Below, in pieces: positions 50,851-64,000 of a stretch of DNA of 64,000 nt. Source of the DNA: Octopus sinensis (lineage: Eukaryota). Position 1 is the stretch's first letter, and each line of letters begins with the position of its first letter. The position numbers were made by a program, and so were the translations under genes. The DNA is taken from positions 103,850,001-103,914,000 of the forward strand of contig NC_042997.1 in assembly GCF_006345805.1 (NCBI RefSeq). Direction: 5' to 3'. The notes below the pieces were generated by a model, which searched no databases, was not told the DNA's origin, and worked only from the letters and a program-made list of their open reading frames with translations.

Positions 50851-51864
50851 ATGGAAAGAATGCTTGAATGAAAGAACCTGCAGAAGATGGTTTGAAAAAT
50901 TCAGAAGTAGAGATTTCAGCCTTGAAGATGAAGATCGAACAGGACGTCCAGTTGAGCTTGATGATAAGCTCCTTGAGGTATTACTTGAAGAAAATCCTGC
51001 ATTATCAGTTGACGAATTGGCAATAAAGCTTAGTTCAAACCATACAAATGTTCATCGTCATCTTCAACACAACTTGGAAATTTCTCCCAAACTTGGAAAA
51101 TGAGTGCCTCATGAATTGTCCGAAAGTAACCGCAAATCCCGAGTTGACATCGGCTCTTCGCTCCATTCTCGCGAACTCATTTCGCTCTTTTTGGATAGAC
51201 TTGTGACTGGTGACGAAAAATGGATCTTCTATCGAAATGCTAAACGTCGTAAACAGTGGCCTGGTAAAAGGTAAAAAGCTCAGCCACAACCGAGAAGGGA
51301 ACTTCATGGGAAAAAGGTTCTTCTCTCTATCTGGTGGGATTGCAAAGGAGTAATTCACTTTAAATTGTTACCACCTAATGCAACAATCAATGCTCAAGTC
51401 TACTGTCAGCAATTAGAGCGTTTGTACCAAGCTTCGAAGGAAAAAAAAAACCCGCTTTAGGGAATCGAAAAGGAGTGATGTTTCATCAGGAAAAATGCAC
51501 GACCCCACACTGCAAAGATCACATCGCAGAAGATCAAAGAGCTTGGTTGGAAAAAATCCTTCATCCACCTTACTCTCCCTACCTTGCTCCTTCAGACTAC
51601 CATTTGTTTCGTAGTTTACAGAATCATTTGGGGGGCATAACTTTCGCAAACCACGAGGAGGTCGAAACTAACATTTCAGAGTTCTTCACTTTCAAACCAA
51701 AAGAGTTTTACATTGATGGGATTAAAAAGCTTGTAAGTAGATGGAAGGAAATCATAGATAATCAGAGAATGTACATCGATTATTATATTTCGATTAAATG
51801 TAACATTTGATCATTTGTTTTTCTTTATTCAAAATCCAGACAGAACTTATGAGATGACCTGATA
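50851..51864 (+). mobile_element. 5'-truncated mariner (DD34D) with decayed transposase and 3' TIR
   Basis: CLNERTCRRWFEKFRS.DFSLEDE.R.GRP, GK*VPHELS, RLVTGDEKWIFY, KVLLSIWWD.KGVIHF.LL, HPPYSPYLAPSDYHLFRSLQN, GIKKLVSRW; ends cagaacttatgagatgacctgaTA. Confidence 0.95.
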
Positions 51865-51999
51865 AAAACAAAAGGCGTAAATATTTGAACTTAAGATTTA
51901 ATTGTGTTCTTATCTATGATGCTTAATTCTTCTTTGCAGGTGTCATAAATACAAAAAATATTTTTCTGTCTCTTTCTACTGTTAAGTAGGCTGTTAATA

Positions 52000-53709
52000 T
52001 CTTTTTCTTATGAAAATATGTACCTTAAACTCACAGGACAAACCTTTGAACTGAGAATTTTAAGTTCATTTATTAATTCAAAGTACTTTTTAAAGTCCGT
52101 TTTATTAACTTATTTTTCATCAGTTGTCTCCTCTTCCATGTCATTATTTAGAGATTTGGAATTCATCACTTGACTTGTAAATATTTTTCTTTCATCTGGA
52201 TTATTGCAACATTCTGTTTCTCTAGTTTCATAACTTTTTCATTCGGTAAAAGTAACAGTATCATATTTAAATTCCTTGAGTTCCTTAAGTGCGTATTGCA
52301 GCTCATATTCTCTATTTTCTAAATTCAACCCAACTGATGTTTCTTCAAGCGAATCTTCACTCATTGAATTTTGTATTTGTAGACCTGAATTTTTCAAGCA
52401 ATTTACAATTATCTCTTTTACAACCGGATCCCATGCCTGGACAGACTAAAAGATACCATTCAATAATGATGTACCTTTTCAATTGACACTTTCACATCTT
52501 TCTTTATCAACTAAATTTTTAATAAAAATCGTATTGTAGTTGCACTTGAGTAATCAAATTATTCCTTGGTGTGAAGGTTGTAAATTTTCAGTTCTGTTCT
52601 AAAAAATTGTTCTATATTTCAATTAGCTTTCTTGTTTGTGGCATGCTGCGTTATCAAGGAGCAATAATTTTCACTGTTGTTTAAAAAATTCGTAATTGAT
52701 TTCTTTCGGGTAAAATGAAACTGAGTTTTCCGTCATCAATGCCGTATTGTTTTTGTAATAAAATTCCTGTTCCGAAATGTCAATATTTTTGCAACAACGA
52801 GGTGTACGACTTTTTTCCAATAAAAAGGGGTTTTAACTTCTTACCAGTTGTACTACATGTCAAATATATTGTAATTCTTTCTTTTGATTCCTTTTAATCG
52901 GTAATTTTATTGTAGAATAATGCAGTTTCATCTGTGTTAAAAATATTTTCTGAATTATATTCAAGAAGTTTGTTTTTAAATTTATCCCGAAATTCATTTA
53001 ATTCTTTTTCAGACACGTCAACTTTAGTAGCAGTTTGAGTTTTAACTTTAATATTATTTCTTTTTAAGAAATAATTTAACCCCTTAGACTCCTTTTCTTC
53101 GTTCTCTTTCGCAATTTCAAGAGTTTTCGCTTGAGGATATTCCCATTTATTGGGATTCTTAGTGATCTAATTATCTTAAGTTCTTCAATAAGTGATTCGT
53201 CTACCTTGGTCTTAATTGAATGTAGTTTTTTCGTGCTTAAATTCTTTCCCGATTGAAGTATATCATTATAAGTACATATAATTTTTTTGTCATTTTTTTT
53301 AAAAGTTCGGATATTGTTGATTTCGGAATGTTCCTCTTTTCCATTACATATGAAGTTTTGTGTTTTTTCAAATCATGGAACCCTCAAAAATGCAGATGGG
53401 TAAATCTCTAAGTAACAAAATTCGGTGGTATTCAGAGAGGGAGATGTAAGAGGAAGTGTAAAAACGTAGAAAGAGACGTAGAGGGCGTAAAAGAACGCAG
53501 AAAAGGTGTAAAATCTCGTCTTACTTCTCTCGATTATTAATCCAAGGGGCTTCCTTGATCCTTAAAGTCTATTAGTGTTAGTGTTTACCTTTTAGACGAA
53601 AAGAAAACAAAAAGAAAACTATATTTATCTAATAAAAATCTGCCAAAAGCGAACTTTTCTTTGGAGTTCGTTATACAGAGAGAAAATTCGTTATTGAGAG
53701 GTTAGACTG
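52000..53709 (-). mobile_element. pogo/Tigger-like transposon, decayed transposase, one TIR
   Basis: Minus: IPKSTISE (psq HTH), IFNTDETALFY, KESKERITIYLTCSTTG.KLKPLFIGKS.TPRC, LLLDNAACH; end TA|CAGTCTAACCTCTCAATAACGAA at 53709. Confidence 0.85.
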
Positions 53710-53724
53710 TATCTATCTTCCAAT

Positions 53725-53785
<61 letters not shown>

Positions 53786-53790
53786 TATAT

Positions 53791-54205
53791 TACTCTTTAC
53801 TCTTTTACTTGTTTCAGTCATTTGACTGCGGCCATGCTGGAGCACCACCTTTAGTCGAGCAAATCGACCCCGGGACTTATTCTTTGTAAGCCCAGTACTT
53901 ATTCTATCGGTCTCTTTTGCCGAACCACTAAGTGACGGGGACGTAAACACACCAGCATCGGTTGTCAAGCAATTCTAGGGGGACAAACACAGACACACAA
54001 ACATACACACACATACATATATATATATATATACATATATACGACAGGCTTCTTTCAGTTTCCGTCTACCAAATCCACTCACAAGGCATTGGTCGGCCCG
54101 AGGCTATAGCAGAAGACACTTGCCCAAGGTGCCACACAGTGGGACTGAACCCGGAACCATGTGGTTGGTAAGCAAGCTACTTACCACACAGCCACTCCTG
54201 CGCCT
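53791..54205 (-). mobile_element. SINE family A, full-length young copy
   Basis: Complete from head aggcgcaggagtggctgtgtggtaagtagc to tail gaaacaagtaaaagagtaaagagta. Confidence 0.96.
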
Positions 54206-54349
54206 ATATATTTACTTATGTACATAAAGTAGTACGTAAGGACTTCCAACAGTTTCAACAGTGTAGCTTCAGTTGGTCGCTTAACATAGTTACCTGTTTA
54301 CTCAAAGTAAGATGTAAGTGGCTGAGCATTCTACACACACACAAACACA

Positions 54350-54390
<41 letters not shown>

Positions 54391-54678
54391 CTTTCCCATT
54401 CTCTCTCTCTCTCACTCTCTCTCTCTCTCTCTACATATATATATATGGAGAGAGGGAGAGAGAGAGAAATACATACATATATACATATCTATACATGTAG
54501 TTCGAAGTTTAGGGCACAGATGGTCTGCAATACATTATCAGCGATATTTCTGGGTTCTTAACGGTTTTGTGTCTTCTAAAAATCAAATATCTGCACCTAG
54601 GTAATTCAACCCAAGTTGATCAAAACCTAGTTCGCATCTCCGGACCAGCAAACCAAAGTATAGTTGTTCTGTCGTTAC

Positions 54679-54797
54679 CGATGCCGTCTCTATTATCAAA
54701 GAGTCGCTTGAAGCAAGTATAACAGGCTGATAGTTGGCAGGGTTAGGCCCTTTATTGGTATATTGTTCATATCTAATACAGGCATAAAGATGAGTAC
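54679..54797 (-). other. Candidate 119-nt exon
   Basis: Acceptor tagattttattttcag|, donor TCG|GTAACG; the frame (G)THLYACIRYEQYTNKGPNPANYQPVILASSDSLIIETAS stays open ~70 codons. No homology recognised. Confidence 0.3.
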
Positions 54798-55778
54798 CTG
54801 AAAATAAAATCTATTTGCATTAGATTACGCCTTGCTCAATGGCATTAGCAGAGTACGTTAATCTTGACTTCAAGCGACAATGGTAACGTTTGTTTCGCAG
54901 GCAACGTACGTTTCTACTCTTTGACATTCATCCTATTTCATATTTCTAACATAAAGTTTCCGAAACAAATAAATATCTTAACAAGAGAGTAAAAAAACAA
55001 GTACATTTAAGCGCGTCAGATGATACGATCAGTATCTCGCAGGCAAAGTGTAAGGGAGCGTTCTTGTTTTCTCAACTGTGTCGTACTAATAACAGGTGAC
55101 GCTGCCAAATCAGGCGCCAGGTCAAACAGGAATTTCTATAAAGTATAACCTTTCGCATGTTTTATTCTACAGAGGTCATAACATACGGTTGTCTATTTAG
55201 GTAGATGAAAGGTTATATATGAACATACTCATTTATAAATCTATGTAATATATTGTACCCGTATCATTTAACAAATCATTTAGATATGTGTGCGTATGTG
55301 TATTTGTGTGTGTGTATATGTGTGAGCGTGCGCGTGCGCGCGTGTGAATAGAGATAAAGATAGCTATATAGATAGATAGACTGGGGTGTGTATATAAATA
55401 TATATATGCATATATATATACATATTTATATATAGATTGATAGATATGTGTGTATATACATATATATATACATATACACATGCTCACACACACATATATA
55501 TATGTATATATGTAAGTATATACAGTACATACAGTATATATACATATAACTATATATATGTGTATGTATATGTATCATATGTAATTGTGTTTAGGTGTGT
55601 GGTTGTGTGTAAATACATATATATTATATATGAATAGTTAACAGAAGAAATAATTTCCGCATGAAATCCATTATTCACACAGCTGGATTCCTATGTTAAA
55701 TTTATGAGTAATTCATGCGTTTTTAGACTGTAATTTTCTTTTTGTCTCGCTTTGTCTGCTAATACAAATGTCTTACAG

Positions 55779-55836
55779 CAAAGAAAGGTTTAAATTTAGG
55801 GAAAAAAATTAACACAGATTTAAGCAGTGCAGTTTG
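55779..55836 (+). other. Candidate 58-nt exon
   Basis: Long polypyrimidine tract, CTAAT branch-like motif, ttacag|, donor TTG|GTAAGT; one open frame KKGLNLGKKINTDLSSAV. Confidence 0.4.
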
Positions 55837-56196
55837 GTAAGTAGAAAATAATTTATCAACATGTTACTGTATTGTAACTCTGAAGTATTGTGGCCTATTT
55901 CGAGAACTGTACAAGGCTGTTGGGTACTATGAAATACCCCTTGGAGCGGTGTAAAGGTATGCTATTTATAATGCTGGAGACATCTATATATATTACAACT
56001 GGTCATTGTAAGGTCAATATAGAAATGAAATCATCATAGAGCGCAAAAGACGGTGACTTCAATTTTTCATGCAATACACACACACACACACACACACACT
56101 CACACAAGCACATATATGTGTATGTATATATACAACACATATTTTTTCCCATTTTTTTAAAGTCTTCGTTCTCCTTACATTTTCTTCCTCTCAATC

Positions 56197-56232
56197 CTTT
56201 CTGTCGAAGAGCGTAGTCTCGAAACGTCGAAG
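56197..56232 (+). ncRNA. Hammerhead variant, family B (GUC triplet)
   Basis: cttt-CTGTCGA-A-GAG cgtagt CTC-GAAA-CG-TC-gaag; stem I retained through a G.U pair. Confidence 0.72.
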
Positions 56233-56332
56233 ACTTTTCCATTCTTCTCCAGCGTCAAACTAATACACAAGCTTGTTGTTCCCTCACCTGTCTTTGCCTT
56301 TAGCTTCCTGTAAATTCGAACTATATGTATGA

Positions 56333-57442
56333 ATACTCCTCCGTCTACGTAGGCTCTGTAGTGACGACCATGACTTTGAGACTCAGTCTCAACGTATGGC
56401 TCACCACTTCACCCTACGTGGATACCCCCTCACCACTATCCACACCGCCCTTGCCAGAGCACGGTCCGTGGACCGTGTATCTGCTCTCTCTCCCCGAACC
56501 CGCCCCGTAGTCTCCCGCCTCCCTTTTCCCCTCACTTACCACCCCACGACCCTACGTCTCCAACGCACCATTCTTCGAGCTTTCCGTCATCTCCAGTCGG
56601 ACCCGTCCACTTCACACCTCTTCCCTAACCGACCCCTCCCCTCTTTCAAACGAGCCCACAACCTTCGAGACCTTTTGGTCCATAGCTCCTTCCCTGACCC
56701 TACCTCCCAACCCGGCTCGTTCCCCTGCTCCCGCCCACGTTGCCGCACTTGCCCTTACCTCTCCAACACCACCCGCCTCACTAGCACCCACCATCGACCC
56801 TATCCCATCATCCACTCCTTCACCTGCACCTCCAGCAATATTATCTATTGCATCTCTTGCTCTCTCTGCAATTCCTTGTACATCGGACAAACGGGACGCC
56901 GCTTGGCTGACCGGTTCGCGGAACACCTTCGTGACATCCACCTTGCGAACGACACACCGGTCTCACGCCATTTCCGCTCCACCGGTCACTCCTTGCAACA
57001 CCTATCTGTGTTCGGTTTGTCCTTACACAGAGGCCATCCGGATTCCCGTTTGCGCCGTGAACAGGAATTAATCTTCTCTCTTCGCTCTTATACGCCATTT
57101 GGTCTCAACTCTCCCCCCCCTCCTCATCTAACCCCCCTCTCCCCCTCCTCACCTATCCTTTCCCCCCGACCCCTACTTCTTCAGTCCTTCATCCTTTCAC
57201 CCCTACTCCCCTTCCCTTCTTCCCTCTTTCTCCCTCCCTCCTTCCCTCTTCCCCTTCCCTCTGCTCCCTCACTCCCCCTCTCCCTCTTTCCTCCTTCCTC
57301 CCCCCTCCTCCCCTTCCTTCTCCGCCTCCTCTCTCTCCCCCTCCTCTCCTCTTCCCCCCTCTCCTCCCCCTCTCCTCCTCCCCCTTCTCCCCCCTCTTCT
57401 CCTCACTACACCACACGACTTCACACATCACATCATATATGA
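56333..57442 (+). pseudogene. PLE RT thumb, Cys-rich linker and GIY-YIG endonuclease (5'-truncated, frame open)
   Basis: LRLRRLCSDDHDF...RGYP, PLTYHP, FKRAHNLRDLLVHS, PCSRPRCRTCP, FTCTSSNIIYCISCSLCNSLYIGQTGRRLADRFAEH, VSRHF, RREQELIFSL.SYTPFGLN; after ~57112 the frame runs into the low-complexity tract. Confidence 0.95.
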
Positions 57443-57444
57443 TG

Positions 57445-57785
57445 TGCCATACTAATACATACACCAACTAATACATACTAATACGTACTAATACATACTA
57501 ATACATACTAATACATACACCAACCCTATACATACACACGTCCAGACCCCTCATACGCACTTATACTCTCTCATACACACACACACACACACACTTATAC
57601 ATACTAATACGTACTAATACATACTAATACATACTAATACATACACCAACCCCATACATACGCACGTCCACACCAATCCTACGCACTAATACTCTCTCAT
57701 ACACACACACACACACACACATATATACATACTAATACATACACCAACCCTATACATACACACGTCCAGACCCCTCCTACGCACT
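57445..57785. repeat. Three imperfect ~120-150-bp tandem units built from atactaatac / caaccctatacatac / cgtccagacccctc
   Basis: Direct reading; lies inside the PLE 3' region. Confidence 0.8.
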
Positions 57786-57957
57786 ATTAGCTGGTCCTTC
57801 AACCATATTATCAACCCTATTATCTCCCCTTATTTCGCTCTCGCGTCTCATGTTTGATCTTTGACCTCTGGCCGAAATCAGATCACCATGTTGATTCGTT
57901 AGCTACTGCACGCATTTTTTTTCTCTCCTTCTTTCTGTGTTTTTTTCTCTCTGTGTA

Positions 57958-57995
57958 TCTTTCTGTTGAAGAGCGTAGGCTCGAAACGTTAAAGA
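57958..57995 (+). ncRNA. Hammerhead variant, family B (CUGUUGA)
   Basis: tcttt-CTGTTGA-A-GAGC gtag GCTC-GAAA-CG-TT-aaaga; perfect 5-bp stem I. Confidence 0.75.
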
Positions 57996-58092
57996 CTTGT
58001 TTTATTTATATTTCCTGAGCGCCATACTAATACAATTGTTCGTTTGTTTTCCACCTGCCTTCGTCTTTTGTCTATTTTCATAAAGCTTCCCG

Positions 58093-58127
<35 letters not shown>

Positions 58128-58830
58128 CTTTTGCTTTTTACCGTCATTTGGCCATGCCAGAGCACTGTCCTGTAGGATTTTAAAGTTTGATAATTATTCT
58201 ATCTCTCACATTTGCTGAAACGCTGAGTTTCAGAGTCATAAACAAACCAACACCGACTCTCTGAAACGGTGATGGGGGATAAACGCACATATTCTTACGC
58301 AAACTCACCCCAAAACACACACACACGCAGGCACACACACTCACACACACACACATACACACACATGTATTATTATTTTTTTTGTTGCCTTGGCCTGGCC
58401 CTAAGGTCATATTCTGTTTACTTATACTGTTTATTTATTTCGTTTTTTTTTTTGTCCCTCGTTCCTCCTTGTTTGTCCGTCATGTTTTGTTACGTTCTGG
58501 TCGCATTCACAGCAAGTTCTCTTGCTGGTGGCCTCCAGGGTGTACGCAATATTGTCGATTATGACACGAAATTGTGTTCGGCACTTAGGCCCATAACTGA
58601 TAAGGGATTTGTGACCTGTGTTTGTTCTCCGTTTGTCTATGCATTCAGTGCATTTCATATATATGTATTTCCGTCCATTTGTTTATACCTGCTTCACTTA
58701 TATGTACATATGCATTCTCTTATGCGAAGCACATTCCTTATATTCAAATTTAGTACCTGACACATGACCACTGGTCAAACGAAAGTATTTAATCTGACGT
58801 ACTGTTTCTGGAAATATGTGTGTGTGAGAG

Positions 58831-58941
<111 letters not shown>

Positions 58942-59952
58942 ATATACATTTATAATAATTTGTTGAGAGAGAGAGAGTGAGAGAGTGGGGAGAGAGAAAG
59001 AATTTATGTATAATTCCCCTGTTATTAATCTGATCTAACAGGAAACAATTGTTGCATTCCGTTGGCCACTAGGTGAAACAAAAGACTGAAAATAAGAGAA
59101 TTAATTACAAAAAACTTCAACAACCAGTGCAATGGCATCAATCGAAACAGTAATTAAGACATTAGAGAGATTGACAATGATATCAAAAGAAGCAGTCGTA
59201 ACAGCAGCAGCAGCGGCTATAATAAAAATCTGCCAAGAAGAAGAAAACGAACAACATCATTATAAATTGTTAGGTAATAATTGACTGAATGTCACGTGAA
59301 GAAAGTATATTAACGGAAAGTTCAAAGTAGCAAAAATAACAACGACCAGGGGAAGGGAAATACTATCAAGTTATCAATGTAAACGAATCCTAAGATTTGA
59401 TTCTTTGAGGAGACCAATTAAACAGTCATTTAACAAACGATAACAAGCCACAAACAACTACAACAACAAGAGCAAGAAGAAAACCAACAATAACAGGAAC
59501 AAGAGGAAAAAGCAATATAAACAATGTTGACGGTGCTGACGACTACGGCTTCGAAGACGAAATCCGTTTATTAAGACGACGAAATAACCTGTTTCATTGT
59601 CAGATAGAAATCTAGCAAAACAGATTGTAAAGTAGCTCCATTTGATTTTGATTGGCGGCTGTCTGATTTATGCACGTATCTGTTGGCCATTGATCACGGT
59701 ACTTAGTCACAAAACTAACTAATCAGTGCTGCACTGTTAATTAACACGGTTAACAAGTATTATCAGCGATACCACTACTGCTATCGCTGGTAATGTCACC
59801 CTTATCAATAATATTACTAATATTGTTGCTAATAACAATACATCAACAAATATTTCAAACAAAGAGAAAAAGCAATAAAATCTCGATAACGTTTGCCTTC
59901 AACTGGATACGAAGACTGAAAAGTTGCGAAATGGTTAAAATACTCATATATA

Positions 59953-60055
<103 letters not shown>

Positions 60056-60082
60056 TATATATTATATATATATATATATATA

Positions 60083-60119
<37 letters not shown>

Positions 60120-60207
60120 AAATTAAATAAGGGTAGAAATTGATATTAATCAGTTAAAACCAGTGGCCTAGCATATTAAAAAAAAAACCAAGATTAAAAA
60201 TTTTTTT

Positions 60208-60285
60208 ACATACAAAATTTAGAGGATTGACCACTATATCTAGCATACAGGCTGCACACTTTTAGTAGTCAATCCTCTAAATTTT

Positions 60286-60291
<6 letters not shown>
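60208..60291. repeat. 24-bp perfect inverted repeat (29 bp with one mismatch) within a TA-flanked ~170-bp block
   Basis: acatacaaaatttagaggattgac (60208-60231) / gtcaatcctctaaattttgtatgt (60268-60291). Confidence 0.92.
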
Positions 60292-60372
<81 letters not shown>

Positions 60373-61149
60373 ATACACGAGATATGACTGGTATTTAGTA
60401 AAATATGGAGGAGTGTAATTCAAAGTTTACTTTATTCCAATGTTAATGTGAGACTAAGTGAGCTGTAACCATAGTAATAAATATTACTACCGTTGCCTGA
60501 TGATGAAGCGAACGCTTTTATCGGGGTGACATTTATGTGTCTGCTCTATAAACCTGTATAGGCGTGGGGTCGCGGATGATGATGGTGTGCAAACCCAAGG
60601 GCTGCTCCAGGCATCGCACACTCTAGCCACATTAGTATTAAATTCATCAACTCTGTCTCCGTTGAGTTATACTCAGCTTAGAAATCTGCTTTTTGATTGA
60701 AGCCATTCTATGGAATCTTTTGGAAAATAATTTCATATTCAAACCATATTGAGAAAACAAAACTAGAAACTCCTCATCAAAACTCGGGCTAAATCACAAA
60801 TTTAAGGATAGGATGCACTAGAGTGATTTCATATTGTTTTCTCATTTCAGATGACAATTGTGAGTTAACAGTATTAATCACATACAACGTAATGCTGGTG
60901 ATAAACTATTAACCTTTAATTTATTTTCCAGTGACACATCGATTTCGCCGTTCATTCTCTCATTAACTACATAAATATAAAATTATAAGTATATCTAGTC
61001 TTCGAAGCTTGATTTTAAATCAGTACGCCTCCTTACAAAACTGAATCGTTTCGTTCAGCTGGACTTCTGATAGTAACCATCTTCTCTTGTGTTCTGGTGA
61101 ATTATATTCGGCATTAATTTTACATGAGAATTAACCATTTTGAAGACAG

Positions 61150-61800
61150 TAAGGTTGTATCTAAGGTAGACGTGTCCGGAATTTCTTCCATAGCGAGTGA
61201 CCGCATAGAGGATCCACGCTGGTTTGAGTCTTCCGCATTATCTCATGCCATAAAGATACCAGACGCCTTCACAGTTTTCACTTTATTGAAGTAAACTCCA
61301 TAAGCATTAGCGGGTAGAGTATGCGTAATGTCTCCTTCACAGATGACATTACACACCTTTCTACACATACTGCTGTAGCCTTACTTAATTCACCTACAAA
61401 ACTGGTTCCTCAATAACAGAGCTAAATTAGCACATACCAAATCCCTTGTGCCTCTTTTCCGAACAATCACAACAAATAACCCCAAATACAACCATACCTC
61501 ACAACCAACAATATACACGTACCACAAATGATAGGCCCGACAAGTATAAAGAAAACAGGCCCTCTAAACGTAGCTGCAACATCGATATTCTCATTAGCCT
61601 CAAATCACTGAGCTAGGGCGTGCTGCCAACAATAAGTGGTACAGAAGCACAGAAACTATCATATTCTGACCAGGTTCACCTTGTCCGCCTCCTTTGCAGC
61701 GACCTTCACATTCTGTGGATGTACAAGAATAGACTGTACAGCATAGAGAATATAATACATGCAGTTTTACCGAATCATAGTATCGTTGGGAAAATAGAGC
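61150..61800 (+). pseudogene. Very old LINE RT remnant (CR1/Jockey-like)
   Basis: SFTDDIT (YADD-like) followed by QNWFLNNRAKL..TKS; otherwise fragmentary. Confidence 0.4.
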
Positions 61801-63833
61801 TCGTTGTTCATCTGGCTAGCTGAAGTAAATACGTTGAAACATTATAGGAAATTCTGACGTGTTGGTCTTTTCAACTTCATTAGCGAACAAAATATCATAA
61901 GTAATTTTGATTTCTTTTGATAATATAACAGAAAATAGCAATAGCCGGTTGATTTGACTTCAGCTTATTAGGAGTTCTGTACCATTAGCTCACAGAAAAA
62001 TGAAAAGCAAATTGCACTAAGGCAGAATTTAAGCACAAAATAGAAAATTGCCCAGTGAAAACGACGAAAATCACTACTCATCTGAAGAAATAGTTAATCA
62101 GCTTCGAGGTGGCTCTTATTGTTATTTTTCTTCTTCATATATTTCAATAAAAATGTGTCACGAATATCTGAGAAATCAATGAGGTTCTGTACTATTCAAA
62201 GTAATAATAATAATGAGCAATGTTACCTCTTAAACTGTAGAACATTTTTGATATTTTTGTAAAGTGAGATACGAATTAGTGATTTCCAGACGTTTCATAA
62301 ATATATTTAAAAGGGAAATGAATTATATAAAAAATCGAAACCTACTTATGGATTCTAATGATATGAAATGATGCTTTACTGTTGGTCTAGAATGTTCACT
62401 AGACTTGACTCGCTATTTCATTAGCATCCAAGAGATATTCAATAGGTGGAAGTATACGATGGAAGATAATATCTCTTCTGTTGTATTTGATCTGAGAAAT
62501 TAAAGCAAAACTTTATATAATATAAAGTGTCTAATCTGATGATTGTCAGTCTCAAGGTCAATACTATCTTCCATTGTTATATCAATCCTCATATGGACTG
62601 GAATATTGCTTACAGCTGTTTATAGATGATTGATTAAACCCAATATATTTCATGTTTTATGTTTTACACTCAGAAAAGACGAAATTCAAAATCAACACCG
62701 ACATGATAGATTCTTTGATAGATTCTTACCTGTTGCAGTTTGGTATTTTGCGCCGGTTCTACCCCAAATAAGTAGACATAAGATTAAAGATTATCAAACT
62801 TAAACTATTCCATCTGTTTAGGAGTATAGTGAACTATCTTATCTATCTTAAGATATCCTTATTTAAGAAGGTAAACTATTCAATGAGTTCATGACAGTAG
62901 CCTTATAGTCGACTGAGTATTTCTCAATATGTCTGGTTGTTAAAATATAAATTAGGTTAAATCGTAACGTCGAATCCATCAGGATTCGCAGTGAGAGAAC
63001 GTAAAGCAACAAATTTAAATAAGAGTATGTTACACGATTTTTGATCTTGGGTAGAAACTGCTATTTCCTGTTTGCTTACCCCGCCAGAAAGAAAGAAAAT
63101 TGGTTGATATTTCTTTCAAACTGTGCTTTTGTTACATTTATTTAAACCACAAAAAATTCCTTTCAAACACATAGCCATGTTGCTCCCCTATTACTCCTGC
63201 TCATTATCAGAGATGCACATATTGTCAACCACTAAAGGGCATGCTCAAGTGGTCAAGCAACGGACAAGGAAATCTGTGGTATTGAGCAGAATATTTGCTA
63301 TAGCAATATTTCTGCTTCAACAACTCAGCACTAAATCTGTCTGAAATGTAATGGAGGATAAGCCAGTTTCAAAACATTGATGTCCAGGTCACAAAGCAAA
63401 GACTGAAGGGAATAGTTGTCATTTGATTTCTAAATAGAAGCAAATAAGAAATAACGCTCATTGACCAAAGCAAAAAGGAAATAAAAAAATTTGTTACACA
63501 GGGTAATTTGAATGCATTTCGCTCAGCGCTTGTTGCATCAAAAACCATACGGCGACAAATAATGATACGTCTTAAGCGTTCTAATTTAAATGCACGAATC
63601 CATTTCAGATGACTGGGATCCACAAGGTGGTTTCGTGTTTTATACGATATTTAATCTCCCACTCAACCTTCAAATACCTTTAAGAAACATGATTCTAGGT
63701 TACGAAAATTAACGTAAACATGACAGGACTTGAAATCAGAATGTAATGGTTAGAAACTACATAAATATCAGTCTTTAGTTCGCCTTTCTATCATTGTAGC
63801 TCTTAGCTAACCATATCTACGTCTGAAACAACG

Positions 63834-63844
63834 ATATATATATA

Positions 63845-63904
<60 letters not shown>

Positions 63905-63908
63905 TATA

Positions 63909-63950
<42 letters not shown>

Positions 63951-63960
63951 TATATACATA
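63834..63960. repeat. (TA)n microsatellite
   Basis: Direct reading. Confidence 0.97.
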
Positions 63961-64000
63961 TAAGCAAAGTAACGCAAAGCAAAACAAAAAGCCCAACAAT

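Larger units (their letters stand above)
56160..58092 (+). mobile_element. Neptune-like PLE: terminal repeat, 5'-truncated ORF, pyrimidine/CA-rich 3' region, terminal repeat
   Basis: Family-B repeats at 56160-56325 and 57900-58092 flank a thumb + Cys-linker + GIY-YIG ORF; ends in (TA)n. Confidence 0.93.

Overview
AT-rich (~65-70% AT) metazoan DNA, almost certainly octopus: it carries three recurrent tRNA-headed SINE families, very dense (TA)n/(TG)n/(TATC)n/trinucleotide microsatellites and one 100-N assembly gap. No cellular gene is recognisable. A few isolated splice-flanked micro-exon candidates suggest this may be intronic. Most long ORFs in the track are microsatellite artefacts. The real coding remnants are all transposon-derived: three Penelope-like retroelement (PLE) pieces (an RT N-terminus, a Naiad-like GIY-YIG, and a Neptune-like thumb/Zn-linker/GIY-YIG with an open frame), three mariner pieces, a DD37D Tc1/mariner, a pogo/Tigger, a Chapaev3-like piece, an L1/Tx1 endonuclease, two R4/Dong-like RT pieces and old CR1/Jockey-like pieces. 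The main non-obvious signal is about 16 minimal type-I hammerhead ribozyme motifs from about 7 PLE-associated families, found by manual reading of both strands. Each family has its own self-complementary stem III (ACGT, ACAGCTGT, ACATATGT, ATCAGCGCTGA, ACTC-A-GAGT, ATAT). Several carry repeated non-canonical cores (CUGUNGA in 5 copies, CCGAAGA in 2, UUGAAAA in 2). They occur in tandem twin-terminal-repeat units, in head-to-head foldbacks, and almost always abut (TA)n. All structures were derived by eye; nothing was computed or searched.
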